From an uncultured bacterium (GTDB lineage: Bacteria; Zixibacteria; MSB-5A5; CAIYYT01), in the NCBI GenBank assembly GCA_963726455.1, contig CAVSCK010000003.1, positions 608,001 through 672,000 on the forward strand: 64,000 nucleotides of DNA, read 5' to 3'. A program made the position numbers and the translations under genes. The notes under the pieces are model-generated. The model had not been told where the DNA came from and searched no databases. It worked only from the letters and a program-made list of their open reading frames with translations. Below, in pieces: positions 32,905 through 43,631 of this stretch; position 1 is the stretch's first letter, and every line of letters begins with the position of its first letter.

Positions 32905-35361
32905 ATGAACGAGATGTTTACAGAGCTCGCGCGCAAAGCAATCGAGTACGCGCGGGACGAAGCAGCGAGACTACGGCATGATTACATCGGTACCGAGCAT
33001 CTGCTGTTAGGTCTGATTCGCCTGGGGGAAGGACGGGCAATTGAGATTTTCCAAAACATCGGTTTGGATCTCAATGAGTTGGTGACTTCGGTTGAGGAAG
33101 TAGTGCAACCGGCGGGCGGAACGATGACCATGGGACAGCTTCCGCTAACCGCTCGCGCCAAGAAGACTCTCGAGGTCGCCGGACAGGAAGCGCGCGCCCT
33201 CAAGTCGAAAGAAATCGACACCGAACACATCCTCCTCGCCTTGTTGAAGGACGAAGAAGGCGTCGCCGCCCAGGTGATGTCGATGTTTGATGTCGACTAT
33301 AAAGACGTCTACGAGGAACTGAAAAATATCCAGAGCGGACAACCCTCCGCTTACGGAAAGAAGCGCAAGAAATCCAAAACGCCGGCGCTCGACCATTTCG
33401 GCAGAGACCTGACCGAGTTGGCGCGCCGTGGCAAGCTCGATCCTATCATCGGCCGTGACAACGAAATCGAACGCGTATCGCAGATTCTCTCGCGCCGTAA
33501 GAAGAACAACCCCGTTCTGATCGGCGAACCGGGCGTTGGCAAGACCGCGATTGTCGAGGGACTGGCTCAACGAGTCGTCAGCGGACAAGTCCCGCAAGTT
33601 CTGGAGAATCGTCGCATTGTCATGCTCGACATGGCTTCCCTGGTCGCCGGAACCAAGTACCGTGGCCAGTTCGAGGAACGCCTCAAGGCCGTAATGAATG
33701 AGATCACGAATTCACAGGATGTCATCATCTTTATCGATGAGCTGCATACCATCGTCGGCGCCGGTGGCGCCGAGGGTTCACTCGATGCGTCGAACATCTT
33801 CAAACCGGCGCTTTCGCGCGGCGAGTTGCAGTGCATCGGCGCAACGACCTTGAACGAGTATCGCAAATACATCGAGAAGGATGGCGCCCTCGATCGCCGT
33901 TTCCATACGGTGATGGTCGAGGAACCGTCGCAGGATGACACGATCCGAATCCTGCTGGGACTGCGCTCCAAGTACGAAGAGCATCATCAGATAGTGATTT
34001 CCGACGAAGCCATACGGGCCGCCGTGACTCTATCTGATCGTTACATCACCGGCAAATTCCAGCCCGATAAGGCCATCGACATCATTGACGAGGCCGGTTC
34101 GCGCGCTCATCTTTCGACTTATACCAAGCCGAAAGAGTTTACCGACATGGAGAACGAAATTGCCGGTATCGCGGTGCGCAAAGAGGATGCGGTCAAGAAC
34201 CAGGAATTCGAGAAAGCAGCCAAGCTGCGCGACGACCTCAAGTTGAAGAAGGAACAGTACGAGCAGATGAAGCGCGACTGGGAAGTAGCGCGACAGAACG
34301 AAAAGATCATTCTGCAGGAAGAGCACATCGCGGAGATCGTGGCCAAAATCACGGGCATTCCGCTGTTCCGCCTCGAGGAAAAAGAATCGAAGCGCCTGCT
34401 GAGGATGGAAGACGAACTAAAGAAGAAGATCATCGGCCAGAAGGAAGCCATCATGGCGCTCACGCAGTCAATTCGGCGCGCCCGCGCGGGACTCAAAGAT
34501 CCGCATCGCCCGATCGGTTCCTTCATCTTCCTCGGCCCCACCGGTGTCGGCAAGACCGAACTGGCGCGGGTGCTGGCGGAGTTCCTGTTTGAAAACGCCG
34601 ACGCGCTCGTCCGCATCGACATGTCCGAATACATGGAGAAGTTTGCGGTCAGCCGTCTGATCGGCGCGCCTCCGGGATACGTCGGTTACGAAGAGGGCGG
34701 ACAGCTTACCGAGAAAGTTCGCCGTCACCCCTATTCGGTGGTACTGCTCGACGAAATCGAGAAAGCGCATCCGGATGTGTTCAATATCCTGCTGCAACTA
34801 CTCGACGACGGCAATCTCACTGATTCGTTCGGACGCAAAGTTGATTTCCGCAACACGGTAATCATTATGACCTCCAACGCCGGCACGCGCGAAATCCGCT
34901 CGGGCAAGACGCTGGGGTTCGCCTCCGCGAGGATGGAAGAAGACTACGAAGAGATGAAGAAGTCGGTGCTCTCGGAAATGAAGCGCATCTTCAATCCCGA
35001 GTTGCTTAACCGCATTGACGAAGCCATCATCTTCCATCCGCTGGCGCTGGATCATATCGTTCAGATTATCGAAATCCAACTGGCAGAAATGGCCAAACGC
35101 CTGGCGGAACGCGGCTTGAGCATCCACGTCACCGACGAAGCCAAGAAGTTCATCGCCGAGAAGGGTTATGACCCGTTGTATGGTGCGCGTCACTTGAAGC
35201 GCGCCCTGCAGAAGCACCTGGATGATCCGCTTGCGGAAGAAATTCTGCGCGGCCAGTTCCATGGCGACTGCAACATTCTGGTCGACATGTCGGCGGAAAA
35301 GGACAAGTTGCATTTTTCGATCGATGTAACAGCGGAAACACCGAAGAAGGCGCCGGTTTAG
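32905..35361 (+). CDS. clpC: ATP-dependent Clp protease ATP-binding subunit ClpC
   Basis: Clp-N repeats, [11 protein letters not shown] middle domain and GPTGVGKT. Confidence 0.97.
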   Translation: MNEMFTELARKAIEYARDEAARLRHDYIGTEHLLLGLIRLGEGRAIEIFQNIGLDLNELVTSVEEVVQPAGGTMTMGQLPLTARAKKTLEVAGQEARALKSKEIDTEHILLALLKDEEGVAAQVMSMFDVDYKDVYEELKNIQSGQPSAYGKKRKKSKTPALDHFGRDLTELARRGKLDPIIGRDNEIERVSQILSRRKKNNPVLIGEPGVGKTAIVEGLAQRVVSGQVPQVLENRRIVMLDMASLVAGTKYRGQFEERLKAVMNEITNSQDVIIFIDELHTIVGAGGAEGSLDASNIFKPALSRGELQCIGATTLNEYRKYIEKDGALDRRFHTVMVEEPSQDDTIRILLGLRSKYEEHHQIVISDEAIRAAVTLSDRYITGKFQPDKAIDIIDEAGSRAHLSTYTKPKEFTDMENEIAGIAVRKEDAVKNQEFEKAAKLRDDLKLKKEQYEQMKRDWEVARQNEKIILQEEHIAEIVAKITGIPLFRLEEKESKRLLRMEDELKKKIIGQKEAIMALTQSIRRARAGLKDPHRPIGSFIFLGPTGVGKTELARVLAEFLFENADALVRIDMSEYMEKFAVSRLIGAPPGYVGYEEGGQLTEKVRRHPYSVVLLDEIEKAHPDVFNILLQLLDDGNLTDSFGRKVDFRNTVIIMTSNAGTREIRSGKTLGFASARMEEDYEEMKKSVLSEMKRIFNPELLNRIDEAIIFHPLALDHIVQIIEIQLAEMAKRLAERGLSIHVTDEAKKFIAEKGYDPLYGARHLKRALQKHLDDPLAEEILRGQFHGDCNILVDMSAEKDKLHFSIDVTAETPKKAPV

Positions 35362-35392
35362 ACTCGACTGACATTTCGAGATGCCCAAATAT

Positions 35393-35428
35393 CCGGGGCG
35401 GGTCCTTTGCCCGCCCCGGCTTGTTTTT
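35393..35428 (+). terminator. Intrinsic terminator after clpC
   Basis: CCGGGGCGGG..CCCGCCCCGG followed by TTGTTTTT. Confidence 0.8.
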
Positions 35429-35606
35429 GGGGTAGTCTGGATATCACTACACTACTGCACGAAAGTAATGTTGCTCGACAGTCTCGTCGTCTGAAAACGG
35501 AACGCCGGAGAAACCGCTTGTCGTGAAGGATCACGCGGATAACAACTTGACAATCAACATATTACGCTGGCATCGCCTTGTCGGCAGGCACGCCTCAAGA
35601 ATTTCC

Positions 35607-35634
35607 TTGACGATTTGGCGGCAGTGATTATAAT
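35607..35634 (+). promoter_or_regulatory. Putative sigma70 promoter of rpmA
   Basis: TTGACG-16 bp-TATAAT. Confidence 0.65.
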
Positions 35635-35697
35635 AAGTGACTTGATTGGGATTCCGGCGCTCCGGAGCCCGCTGAACTTGATTGATCGGAGGAGATT

Positions 35698-35949
35698 TTG
35701 GCACATAAAAAAGGTTTAGGTTCATCGAAGAACGGACGGGACTCGAATTCCCAACGGCGTGGCGTTAAGCGTTACGGCGGCGAGGCGGTACTAGCCGGCT
35801 CGATCATCGTCCGCCAGTGTGGCACCAAAATGCTCCCGGGACGCAATGTCGGTATCGGTCGTGACAACACGCTCTTCGCCATGATCACCGGCGTCATCGA
35901 GTACGCCGACAAGGGCCGCCACAAGAAGGTCGTCCATGTCGTTCCCTAG
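35698..35949 (+). CDS. rpmA: 50S ribosomal protein L27
   Basis: [16 protein letters not shown]; GGAGG SD, TTG start. Confidence 0.97.
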   Translation: MAHKKGLGSSKNGRDSNSQRRGVKRYGGEAVLAGSIIVRQCGTKMLPGRNVGIGRDNTLFAMITGVIEYADKGRHKKVVHVVP

Positions 35950-35974
35950 CGATTGCCATTAGCGATGAATTGTG

Positions 35975-36003
35975 AAACCGGCCCGCTTGCGGGCCGGTTT
36001 TTG
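35975..36003 (+). terminator. Intrinsic terminator after rpmA
   Basis: AAACCGGCCCGC-tt-GCGGGCCGGTTT plus T tract. Confidence 0.85.
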
Positions 36004-36134
36004 TGTTTGTGCGACGTGGTTAGCTAGAGAATTCATAGGATCGGGTATTTAGTAATCGTTACCCCCTCACGTATTCAGATAATACGGGATAACTCTTGAC
36101 TTGGCCCACTACCGTCTTGATCTTACGCCTTACT

Positions 36135-38359
36135 ATGGAGCATCACGTGGAACACATCTACCTCGACTATAACGCAACCACCCCGATTCATCCGGAAGTT
36201 GCCGATGCCATGACTCCCTTATCTGCGGCAGCACTTCGGCAATCCCTCCAGTTCGCATTGGTTTGGTGTGCAAACGCGCAAAGCGGTCGAAAATGCGCGC
36301 GCCCAGGTAGCGGATATGCTGAAGTGCGAACTCGACGAAGTGGTTTTCACTTCGGGTGGCAGCGAGTCGAACAACTTCGCCATCAAGGGTTATGCACTTA
36401 AGCATCGCGACAAAGGTAATCACATCATTACCTCGCAGGTCGAACATCCGGCGGTGCTGGAGGTCTGCGAGTATTTCGAGACTCTCGGTTTTGAGATCAC
36501 TTATCTGCCGGTTGATGAATTCGGCCTGGTTCATGTTGACGATGTCGCCAGGCGCAATTCGCCCCGACACGATTCTGATCTCGATCATGCAGGCCAACAA
36601 TGAAGTCGGCACGATTCAGCCGATTGCGGAAATCGCGGACTTGGCGCACAAACGTGGAATTGTGATGCACACCGACGCCGCTCAGGCCGTCGGCAAGATT
36701 CCCGTGAACGTACCCGCGACTTGCGCGTGGACATGATCAGCATCGCCGGACACAAACTGTATGCTCCCAAAGGCATCGGTGCACTCTATATCAAACGCGG
36801 CATTCAACTGCAAAAAATCATCCACGGCGCATCACACGAAAGAAACCTGCGCGCCGGTACTGAGAATGTCCTCGAAATCGTGGGGCTTGGCAAGGCCTGC
36901 GAGATCGTCGCACGTGATCTCGAACTCAATCATCGCCACACGAAAACGATGCGCGATCTGCTGGAAAGTAGGTTGAAAGAACTCCTCCCCTTCTGCCGCA
37001 CAAATGGTCATCCCGAAAAGCGGCTGCCAAATACACTGTCGATTTCTTTTCCCGGCATTGAGGCCAACACGATCATCTCAGAACTGGAGCAGGTCGCCTG
37101 CTCGCCGGGTGCTGCATGTCATTCCGACAAAGTCATCATGTCCCATGTTCTGAAAGCTATGGGCATACCGGTCGAATTTGCGATGGGCACGATTCGTTTT
37201 TCCACCGGCGCCATGACCACGGAAGCCGAAATCGAGCAGGCGGCGGATGCGATTGTATCAACCGTCAGTCGTCTTTCCCCGACTGCCAAGAAGATTGTCC
37301 GTCAAGACCGACGCTGACGAAGACAGTCCGCTTGACCAAATACACTCATGGACTCGGCTGCGCGTGCAAACTTCGACCTCAGGAGCTGGAGAAAGATTCT
37401 GGCGTCTCTGCCGCGTTCGACTGATGCGAATGTTCTGGTCGGCGCCGAATCCTCCGATGATGCCGCCGTCTATCGAATAAGCGACACGCTCGCCATTGTG
37501 CAAACCGTCGATTTCTTTACGCCGATCGTTGACGATCCCTATCACTTCGGTGCTATCGCTGCCGCCAATTCCTTGAGTGACATCTATGCGATGGGTGGCA
37601 AGCCGCTCTTTGCGTTGAGTATCGTCGGCTTTCCGTCCAATCGCTTGCCGATGAGCGTGCTCCAGCGAATCCTCGCAAGGCGCTGCCGACAAGGCAAAGG
37701 AGGCCGGTATCAGCATCATCGGCGGCCACACCGTCGATGACACCGAACCCAAATACGGACTGGCTGTGTCCGGCGTGATCGATCCCAAACGAATTCTGAC
37801 CAACAACAAGGCACGTGTCGGCGACAAGCTGATTCTGACCAAACCGATCGGAACCGGAATCATAAGTACCGCCATCAAACGTCAGATGGCTGATACCACA
37901 CTTTCCAAGACTGTGATCGAAATTATGAGCCGTTTGAACAACACCGCCGCGGAAACGATGCTGAACTACGATGTTTCCGCAGTGACCGACGTCACCGGAT
38001 TCGGGCTGCTGGGACACCTCAAGGAGATGTCTGTCGGCAGTAAGGTCGATGCGCAAATTGACTCACAGCAGGTACCCCTGATACCGGGTGTTGCTAATTT
38101 TGCCTCATCGGGCGCAATCCCCGGTGGTACCGAAAACAACCTCGATTACGTTAGCCCGTACGTTCAATGGCGTGAAGATATTCCCAAAGTCACGCGACTT
38201 ATCCTCTGCGATGCTCAGACCTCAGGCGGATTACTAATTGCTGTGAATCCCCGCGATGCCGAAAAGCTTCTTGCGGAACTGAAGGCAAAAGGCATAGCCG
38301 AGGCGGCCATCATCGGCGAGATTACGCAGACAGGCACAGGTAAAATCGAGGTCGTCTAG
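36135..38359 (+). CDS. selD: Probable NifS/IscS-type cysteine desulfurase - selenophosphate synthetase fusion, several frameshifts
   Basis: [42 protein letters not shown]; then [39 protein letters not shown] and DAQTSGGLL; start ATG 36135 or GTG 36147. Confidence 0.8.
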
Positions 38360-38402
38360 TTCGGCTCGTTACCTCTCTTTGCAAGCCAATCATCAAAGCA
38401 AA

Positions 38403-38430
38403 CGGCCGCCGGATTTTCACCCGGCGGCCG
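38403..38430. terminator. Hairpin terminator between convergent genes
   Basis: CGGCCGCCGG-8 nt-CCGGCGGCCG. Confidence 0.7.
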
Positions 38431-38465
38431 CTGTATTATTGGTCGCACAATTTCGCTTGACTGAG

Positions 38466-40390
38466 CTAGGGACAACTTGCACAGGGAGCCGGACCGCCCG
38501 AGAAGATGTAGCTGATGAGATAGACGACGTCCGAAATATCAACTCCGCCGGCACAATTCGCATCGGCTCTCGCGATCGGATTCGGCGCCGGGCCGCCCGA
38601 GAAGATGTACGCAATTAGAAACACACCGTCCGAAATATCGACCGCACCGGAAGCATCGGCATCACCACAGGTGTAAGGCGGCGGCGGCGCATCGGTAATC
38701 TTCATACTGCAACTCATTGTATCGACCTTGGACGGCACGCTGGCATCAGCGGTGGCGATTGTGAAGTAATAGGTCGCTTTGTAAGTCGGCGTGCCGGTGA
38801 TTGTTCCTTCGGTGCCGCCGGTAAAGGTCAGACCGTACGGCAGATCGCCGCCGACAAACGACCATTCATACGGCGCTGCGCCCCCGACTACCTGTAACTG
38901 GTAGGAATAGGGAACTTCTTTGTACCCATCGGGAATCTGATATGAGATGATATGCACTTCACCGTCGCAGTGGTCACCAATGCCGTTGTCATCTTCGTCT
39001 TCCTGGAGTGGGTTATAAACGTACGGACAGTTGTCGCATGCATCTCCCAGACTGTCATTGTCGCTATCCGATCTGCGAGGCATTACTCGCAAGCAGGCAG
39101 TTATCAACCGTATTCGGGATGCCGTCGCCGTCGAAATCATTCGTGTTGGCAATCGTCATCAACCATGCCACTGACGCCTTTACCATCCGCGTCATATACT
39201 CGAAATTCATGTGGGTCGTGCTGTCGCGTGGGCCGTGATAGTAAGTTGAAAAAGTGTACTCTGCCAGGAAAATGCCGTCATATCCCAACTGCGTGAACGG
39301 GAAATGATCGGAACCACTTGACCATCCCGCCAGATGACCGGTTATGCCGACCAGCGGCTGCGCAATGTTGATCCATGTTTGCGCGTAGCGGCTGCTGCTG
39401 CCATAGTAAAGATTGGAGTGCGCATTGTTGGACTCATGCGCGATCATATCCATATTGAACACCACCAGAATCTTGTCATGCCGGCCAGCGGCTTCCTGGG
39501 CAAAATGCGTCGAGCCGTTCAATCCCGTCTCTTCGGCATCGAATGCGACAAACAACACGGTCACGTTCAGAGTGGAATCCTTGAGCACGCGCGCCATTTC
39601 CAACACTCCCGCCGTTCCGGAGCCGTTATCGTCCGCGGCCGGACTGGCTGACACGCCGTCATAGTGACCGCAGACTACTACATAGACATCCGGGAGATAC
39701 TGCTCCGACTTTTTTCGCGACGACATTGAAGCCCGGCTTGGTCGTGCTCCCGACCTGAAAATCGAACGCATCCAGCGTCACGTCGTCATAACCGAAGCGA
39801 TGGAAACGCTGTACGATCGTGTCACGCGCGGCGTAAATGTTCGGCGTTCCGGCAGCGCGGCGATAAAACGCCTGCAATTGCTGCACGTAGTGCGTCAATG
39901 AATCCTGGTTGACCTGCTCCATGACGCCCTTCAGTCTTGCCAAATCGATACTGATCTTCTCCTGAACCACTGACGGCCGGTACGTGATAGCAATCGGCAA
40001 TCGCGGCACCGGCATAACATCCGTGGCTTCGGTGCCCTGTGCCAACACACCCGGGTCGACTTTGAACAGCCGCAATTGTTCCTCAGAAAACACGAGCTGG
40101 TATCGACTCACATTGAATTGATCCATTCGATGATCCAGGGCGAGTTCGTCACGACGGACATTCGCCGCCAGCAATTGCGTCGCCAGCCCGGACTGATTGA
40201 GCTTGGTAACCGCTGTCGGATCGGCTAGTACCAAATACCCGTCGCGCACCGCCACAATCGGCTCGGCGCCGACACTCACCAGCTTTTCGGCGTCAATTTG
40301 GCTTTGAACAGTAACCTTATAAAGATCGGCGGCCCCCGCAGAGGATACAAAGAGAAGAAAGAACGACAGAATCAGTAGAAATTGTCTCAT
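38466..40390 (-). CDS. Secreted M28 aminopeptidase with TSP3-like Ca-binding repeats, Ig-like domain and dockerin-like domain (frameshifts near 39705 and 39070)
   Basis: Signal peptide MRQFLL; GHYD, ADDNGSG, AEETGL, NMDMI, SDH; GDACDNCP; GDLPYGL; two DISD.V.LI.YIFSGG repeats. Confidence 0.85.
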
Positions 40391-40568
40391 ATGTTGATGC
40401 TCCAACAAAGGATGACGTGCTTTGGGCAAGTACCATTTTTCACAATATATCATAAAATTCTCGGTCTGTAAAGCTCATATATTGGCACGGTATGCCTTTT
40501 CGGATGTCGTACTGATTAGGTCGGCATTTGCGATCAGAAACTGACAGCTCTTGAAAGCGAGATGACTC

Positions 40569-40910
40569 ATGAACTCGTTCGATTGGACAAACGGATTCCC
40601 GGCGGCCATCACGGTCTGCGATAACGAAGGCATCATTCTCTCGATGAATGCCCGGTCTATTGAGACGTTCGCGAAGGATGGTGGCGCCGCGCTCATTGGA
40701 AAGAGTATTCTCGATTGTCACCCCGAACCGTCGCGCACTAAACTTCGCGAGCTCCTCGCCGCCGAGCGCAGCAACTGCTACACGATTGAGAAGAACGGCG
40801 TACACAAATTGATCTACCAGTCGCCCTGGTATCAGGATGGCAAGTACGCCGGCCTCGTCGAAATCTCGATGGAGATTCCGCACCCTATGCCGCATTTCGT
40901 CCGCACCTGA
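40569..40910 (+). CDS. Stand-alone PAS domain protein
   Basis: ITVCDNEGIILSMN and LIGKSILDCHP. Confidence 0.8.
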   Translation: MNSFDWTNGFPAAITVCDNEGIILSMNARSIETFAKDGGAALIGKSILDCHPEPSRTKLRELLAAERSNCYTIEKNGVHKLIYQSPWYQDGKYAGLVEISMEIPHPMPHFVRT

Positions 40911-40951
40911 TTCTGCGGCTTGCGAATCGCGCCACTAGTTCGGTGCCGGAA

Positions 40952-41026
40952 CGTAACTTGCGCAGAAATCTATCCGCTTCTTCAGCGGCGGATGGTTGTA
41001 CTCCCAGAACTCGATAAACGCCGACG
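40952..41026. repeat. Left copy of 75-bp direct repeat (duplicated 3' end of the M48 peptidase gene)
   Basis: Matches 43655-43729 with 2 mismatches. Confidence 0.92.
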
Positions 41027-41068
41027 ACATTTTGTTGGAATGGTTGCTCGTCTTCACAAAGAAAGGGC

Positions 41069-41097
41069 TTGACAAACAACGTACGGCATTATATGAT
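41069..41097 (+). promoter_or_regulatory. Near-consensus sigma70 promoter of the radical SAM cassette
   Basis: TTGACA-17 bp-TATGAT, followed by GGAGG SD before ATG 41125. Confidence 0.7.
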
Positions 41098-41124
41098 TTA
41101 TGGGGCTAGGGGAGGCAGAGTGGT

Positions 41125-42516
41125 ATGACGACAAATCGGTGGGCTGTTTCTTCCTTCAATTTCATTGTTCCCGTTTCTGACGAGAAGCACGTGGCGTACA
41201 ACGCGTTTTCGGGTGCACTCGCGGAGTTGGACGCCAAACAACTCGCCACTTTCAAAGACATATTGCAGGACCCAGAGGAGTATCTTCAACGTGCCGACGC
41301 GGACACATCCCTCTTTGCATCGATCGTCACTGCAGGATTCATCCATGATGCCGCAGTAAATGAACTCGATCTTATCAAGACAAAATCCGCACTCAATAGA
41401 TTCAATACCGAGCAATTTCATCTCACGATAATGCCGACTTTGGCCTGCAATTTCGAATGCCCATATTGTTACGAGAAGCAGGAACCAATCCTGATGTCAG
41501 ACAGCACTGAAGACGCCCTGGTGAGTTGGGTACAAAAGCGTGCAGAAGTTGCCCGAATCTTCACAGTCGCTTGGTTCGGTGGAGAACCATTATTGGCCTT
41601 AGACCGCATAGAGAGCACATCAAACCGCTTTCGAGCAATTTGTGAACGGCGAGGCATAAACTATTGTGCTAGCTTAACAACTAATGGCTACTTGCTCAAT
41701 GATCACGTGTGTGATAGACTCGCAGAACTTGGTATAGTGGGCGTACAAGTGACTATAGATGGCCCCAGGCATATTCACGATGTTCGCCGATATCTTCGCG
41801 GACGGGGTCCCACATTTGATCGCATTGTCAAAAATGTAGAGCACTTAGTCATCACACGACCTGAAATCGCCGTCTGGATACGAGTCAATTGCGATGAGAG
41901 CAACATTGACGAAGTCGGCCAAATCTTTGACCAGCTACCGTCACTGCTGGTGCAGCGAACAGATATCTATTTTGCCTTTGTATATTCCTGCCAGAGCTTT
42001 CTGGGCAACGCGGAGGATGTTGACGCAGCATCAACATGTGATCCTCATGGGAGCGCTGACTTGGAATTTAGGAAGAAACTTCGCGCCCTCCAATTGGAGA
42101 GTGTGAGAAGGAGGCGGGCCGTGAATCCATCGCCCGTCACGAAATTTGTGTTCAGGCCTCGCTGGGCCTATTGCGAAGCCGACTATGCGAACAAGTTCGT
42201 GGTTGATCCCAGGGGAGACTTGCATAAGTGCACTGTCTCATTCAGCCCGGAGTTGCGTGTTGGTAGGCTACTTCCGAACGGCGACGCGTTGTTTGACTTG
42301 CCCAAGCTTTCGATTTGGCTATCAAAGGACGCCTTCTCCTCTCCAAAATGCACCTCCTGCAAAGTACTTCCACTTTGCCTCGGTGGATGCCGCTCCGCGA
42401 CCTTACAGAATATTTCGGAAGGTAGATGCGCGACCTTACTCACGCCGGAGGAAGTTGAAAGGAGTCTGGGCTCCCTTTACGAACTTGTGAAATGCAGTTC
42501 CGGGGGGTCTGTATAG
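41125..42516 (+). CDS. Radical SAM/SPASM enzyme, probable peptide maturase
   Basis: CNFECPYC, WFGGEPLL, TTNGYLL, QVTIDG; SPASM C..(GDLHKC)..CTSCKVLPLCLGGC..C; ~90-aa N-terminal extension (YNAFSGA). Confidence 0.92.
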   Translation: MTTNRWAVSSFNFIVPVSDEKHVAYNAFSGALAELDAKQLATFKDILQDPEEYLQRADADTSLFASIVTAGFIHDAAVNELDLIKTKSALNRFNTEQFHLTIMPTLACNFECPYCYEKQEPILMSDSTEDALVSWVQKRAEVARIFTVAWFGGEPLLALDRIESTSNRFRAICERRGINYCASLTTNGYLLNDHVCDRLAELGIVGVQVTIDGPRHIHDVRRYLRGRGPTFDRIVKNVEHLVITRPEIAVWIRVNCDESNIDEVGQIFDQLPSLLVQRTDIYFAFVYSCQSFLGNAEDVDAASTCDPHGSADLEFRKKLRALQLESVRRRRAVNPSPVTKFVFRPRWAYCEADYANKFVVDPRGDLHKCTVSFSPELRVGRLLPNGDALFDLPKLSIWLSKDAFSSPKCTSCKVLPLCLGGCRSATLQNISEGRCATLLTPEEVERSLGSLYELVKCSSGGSV

Positions 42517-42627
42517 CAGCAACCGCCCCCTTGGAACCAATTCGGCAGAAGCAATGCAAGACTATGTGGGTGGAACAAGATGTTCCGCCTGATTCTAGAC
42601 TCCTAAACACCGAGGGAGGTGAAACAC

Positions 42628-42741
42628 ATGAATCTCATGTTGCGTCCTCAATCATTGGAAGTGTGCGAACTCGTTGAGTTGCAGCCCATCATGGCACTCA
42701 ATATCTTGCTCTGTGGGCTGTGCTGCGTTAGAGTGACTTAG
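42628..42741 (+). CDS. 37-aa Cys-rich peptide, candidate RiPP precursor (MNLMLRPQSLEVCELVELQPIMALNILLCGLCCVRVT)
   Basis: Translated by hand; strong GGAGGTGA SD ending 5 nt before ATG; lies just after the rSAM gene; followed by a hairpin. Confidence 0.75.
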   Translation: MNLMLRPQSLEVCELVELQPIMALNILLCGLCCVRVT

Positions 42742-42773
42742 CGATTCGGCACACACTCCGAAGCCGAGTGACA

Positions 42774-42799
42774 GCGGCGCAGCTGTGGGGCTGCGCCGC
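42774..42799 (+). other. GC-rich stem-loop after the peptide gene (mRNA stabiliser or attenuator)
   Basis: GCGGCGCAGC-tgtggg-GCTGCGCCGC perfect 10-bp stem, no U tract. Confidence 0.6.
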
Positions 42800-42896
42800 G
42801 TACTAAAGAGAGAGATCAGGTGATGTCATCGCGAGCCCGTAGTACAGTCGCAAATAGGTCTTGCCTCAGTTGCTCTAATCACGGGACATTGGGGAA

Positions 42897-43550
42897 TTGT
42901 CAGTGAAAACTCAGGTTGTCATAATCGGAACTATCCATCTCAGCGCATCCCTCTTTCCTCATTACGGTTCTTGGGTCCGGCAATCCGTAAAGAGATTGCA
43001 CCCCGACATAGTCTGTGTGGAACTCTCCCCTGAGCAGCTTGCAGGCGAAACAAGCATGGATTCGAAACCTGAATACTCTTCAGCCATTTTGCCGTCTGCG
43101 CGTGAAATAGGCGCAATCTTGGTTCCCATACAGCCTGTTACATCAGTAGGAGAGGAGTTTGAGCGGGTTAAGCTTGAATTTCTGGAGTACATAGCGTCCG
43201 ACAATCTTGAGCGGGAGCGGTGGGAAGTGTTCTGCCAATTAGAATCTGCCTGGCTGACGGGACTTACGGTTTGGCTGCAAGACGTACCGTCTATAATTGA
43301 TTTGCAGGACATCCGGCTAGACACGCTACTCTTTGAGCCGTGGTACTCCACGTTGTCAAGATTCTTTCCGGGCTTCGAGGCATTCTGGCGACCATGGAAT
43401 CAAGAATTACTTGGAGCTACTATCCAGGCCGTGCGAAGTCATCCTGGAAGACTCATACTCATAACAGTGGGAATGGCACACAGGTATTGGTTGCGCAAAG
43501 GTCTGCGAGCTCAGGAAGAGGTCGAGTTGCGTGATCTAAGGGAGTTTTGA
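42897..43550 (+). CDS. TraB/GumN/Tiki-superfamily-like protein, putative metallopeptidase
   Basis: IIGTIH, PDIVCVE and ITVGMAH motif pattern; no signal peptide. Confidence 0.55.
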   Translation: MSVKTQVVIIGTIHLSASLFPHYGSWVRQSVKRLHPDIVCVELSPEQLAGETSMDSKPEYSSAILPSAREIGAILVPIQPVTSVGEEFERVKLEFLEYIASDNLERERWEVFCQLESAWLTGLTVWLQDVPSIIDLQDIRLDTLLFEPWYSTLSRFFPGFEAFWRPWNQELLGATIQAVRSHPGRLILITVGMAHRYWLRKGLRAQEEVELRDLREF

Positions 43551-43631
43551 GCCAGCACAATCGCTTCTTGATTTACTCAGTGGAGGCGGCTTAGAAATGT
43601 GTCGGATTCTCTCGAAACAACACTCTCCCCA

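Noticed and set aside
37315-37317. TGA at the NifS/SelD junction as a selenocysteine codon
   Set aside because: Read-through meets another TGA five codons later, and the SelD motif is in a different frame with Cys codons.
40482-40497. TTGGCACG as a sigma54 promoter for the PAS gene
   Set aside because: There is no TTGC at the correct -12 spacing.
41125-42516. Radical SAM protein as an anaerobic sulfatase maturase
   Set aside because: No sulfatase is nearby, and it has a long N-terminal extension and an adjacent peptide gene. This is not formally excluded without phylogeny.
42492-42677. 61-aa ORF from the track as the RiPP precursor
   Set aside because: It overlaps the rSAM stop, lacks an SD and reads through the strong SD of the better 37-aa ORF in another frame.
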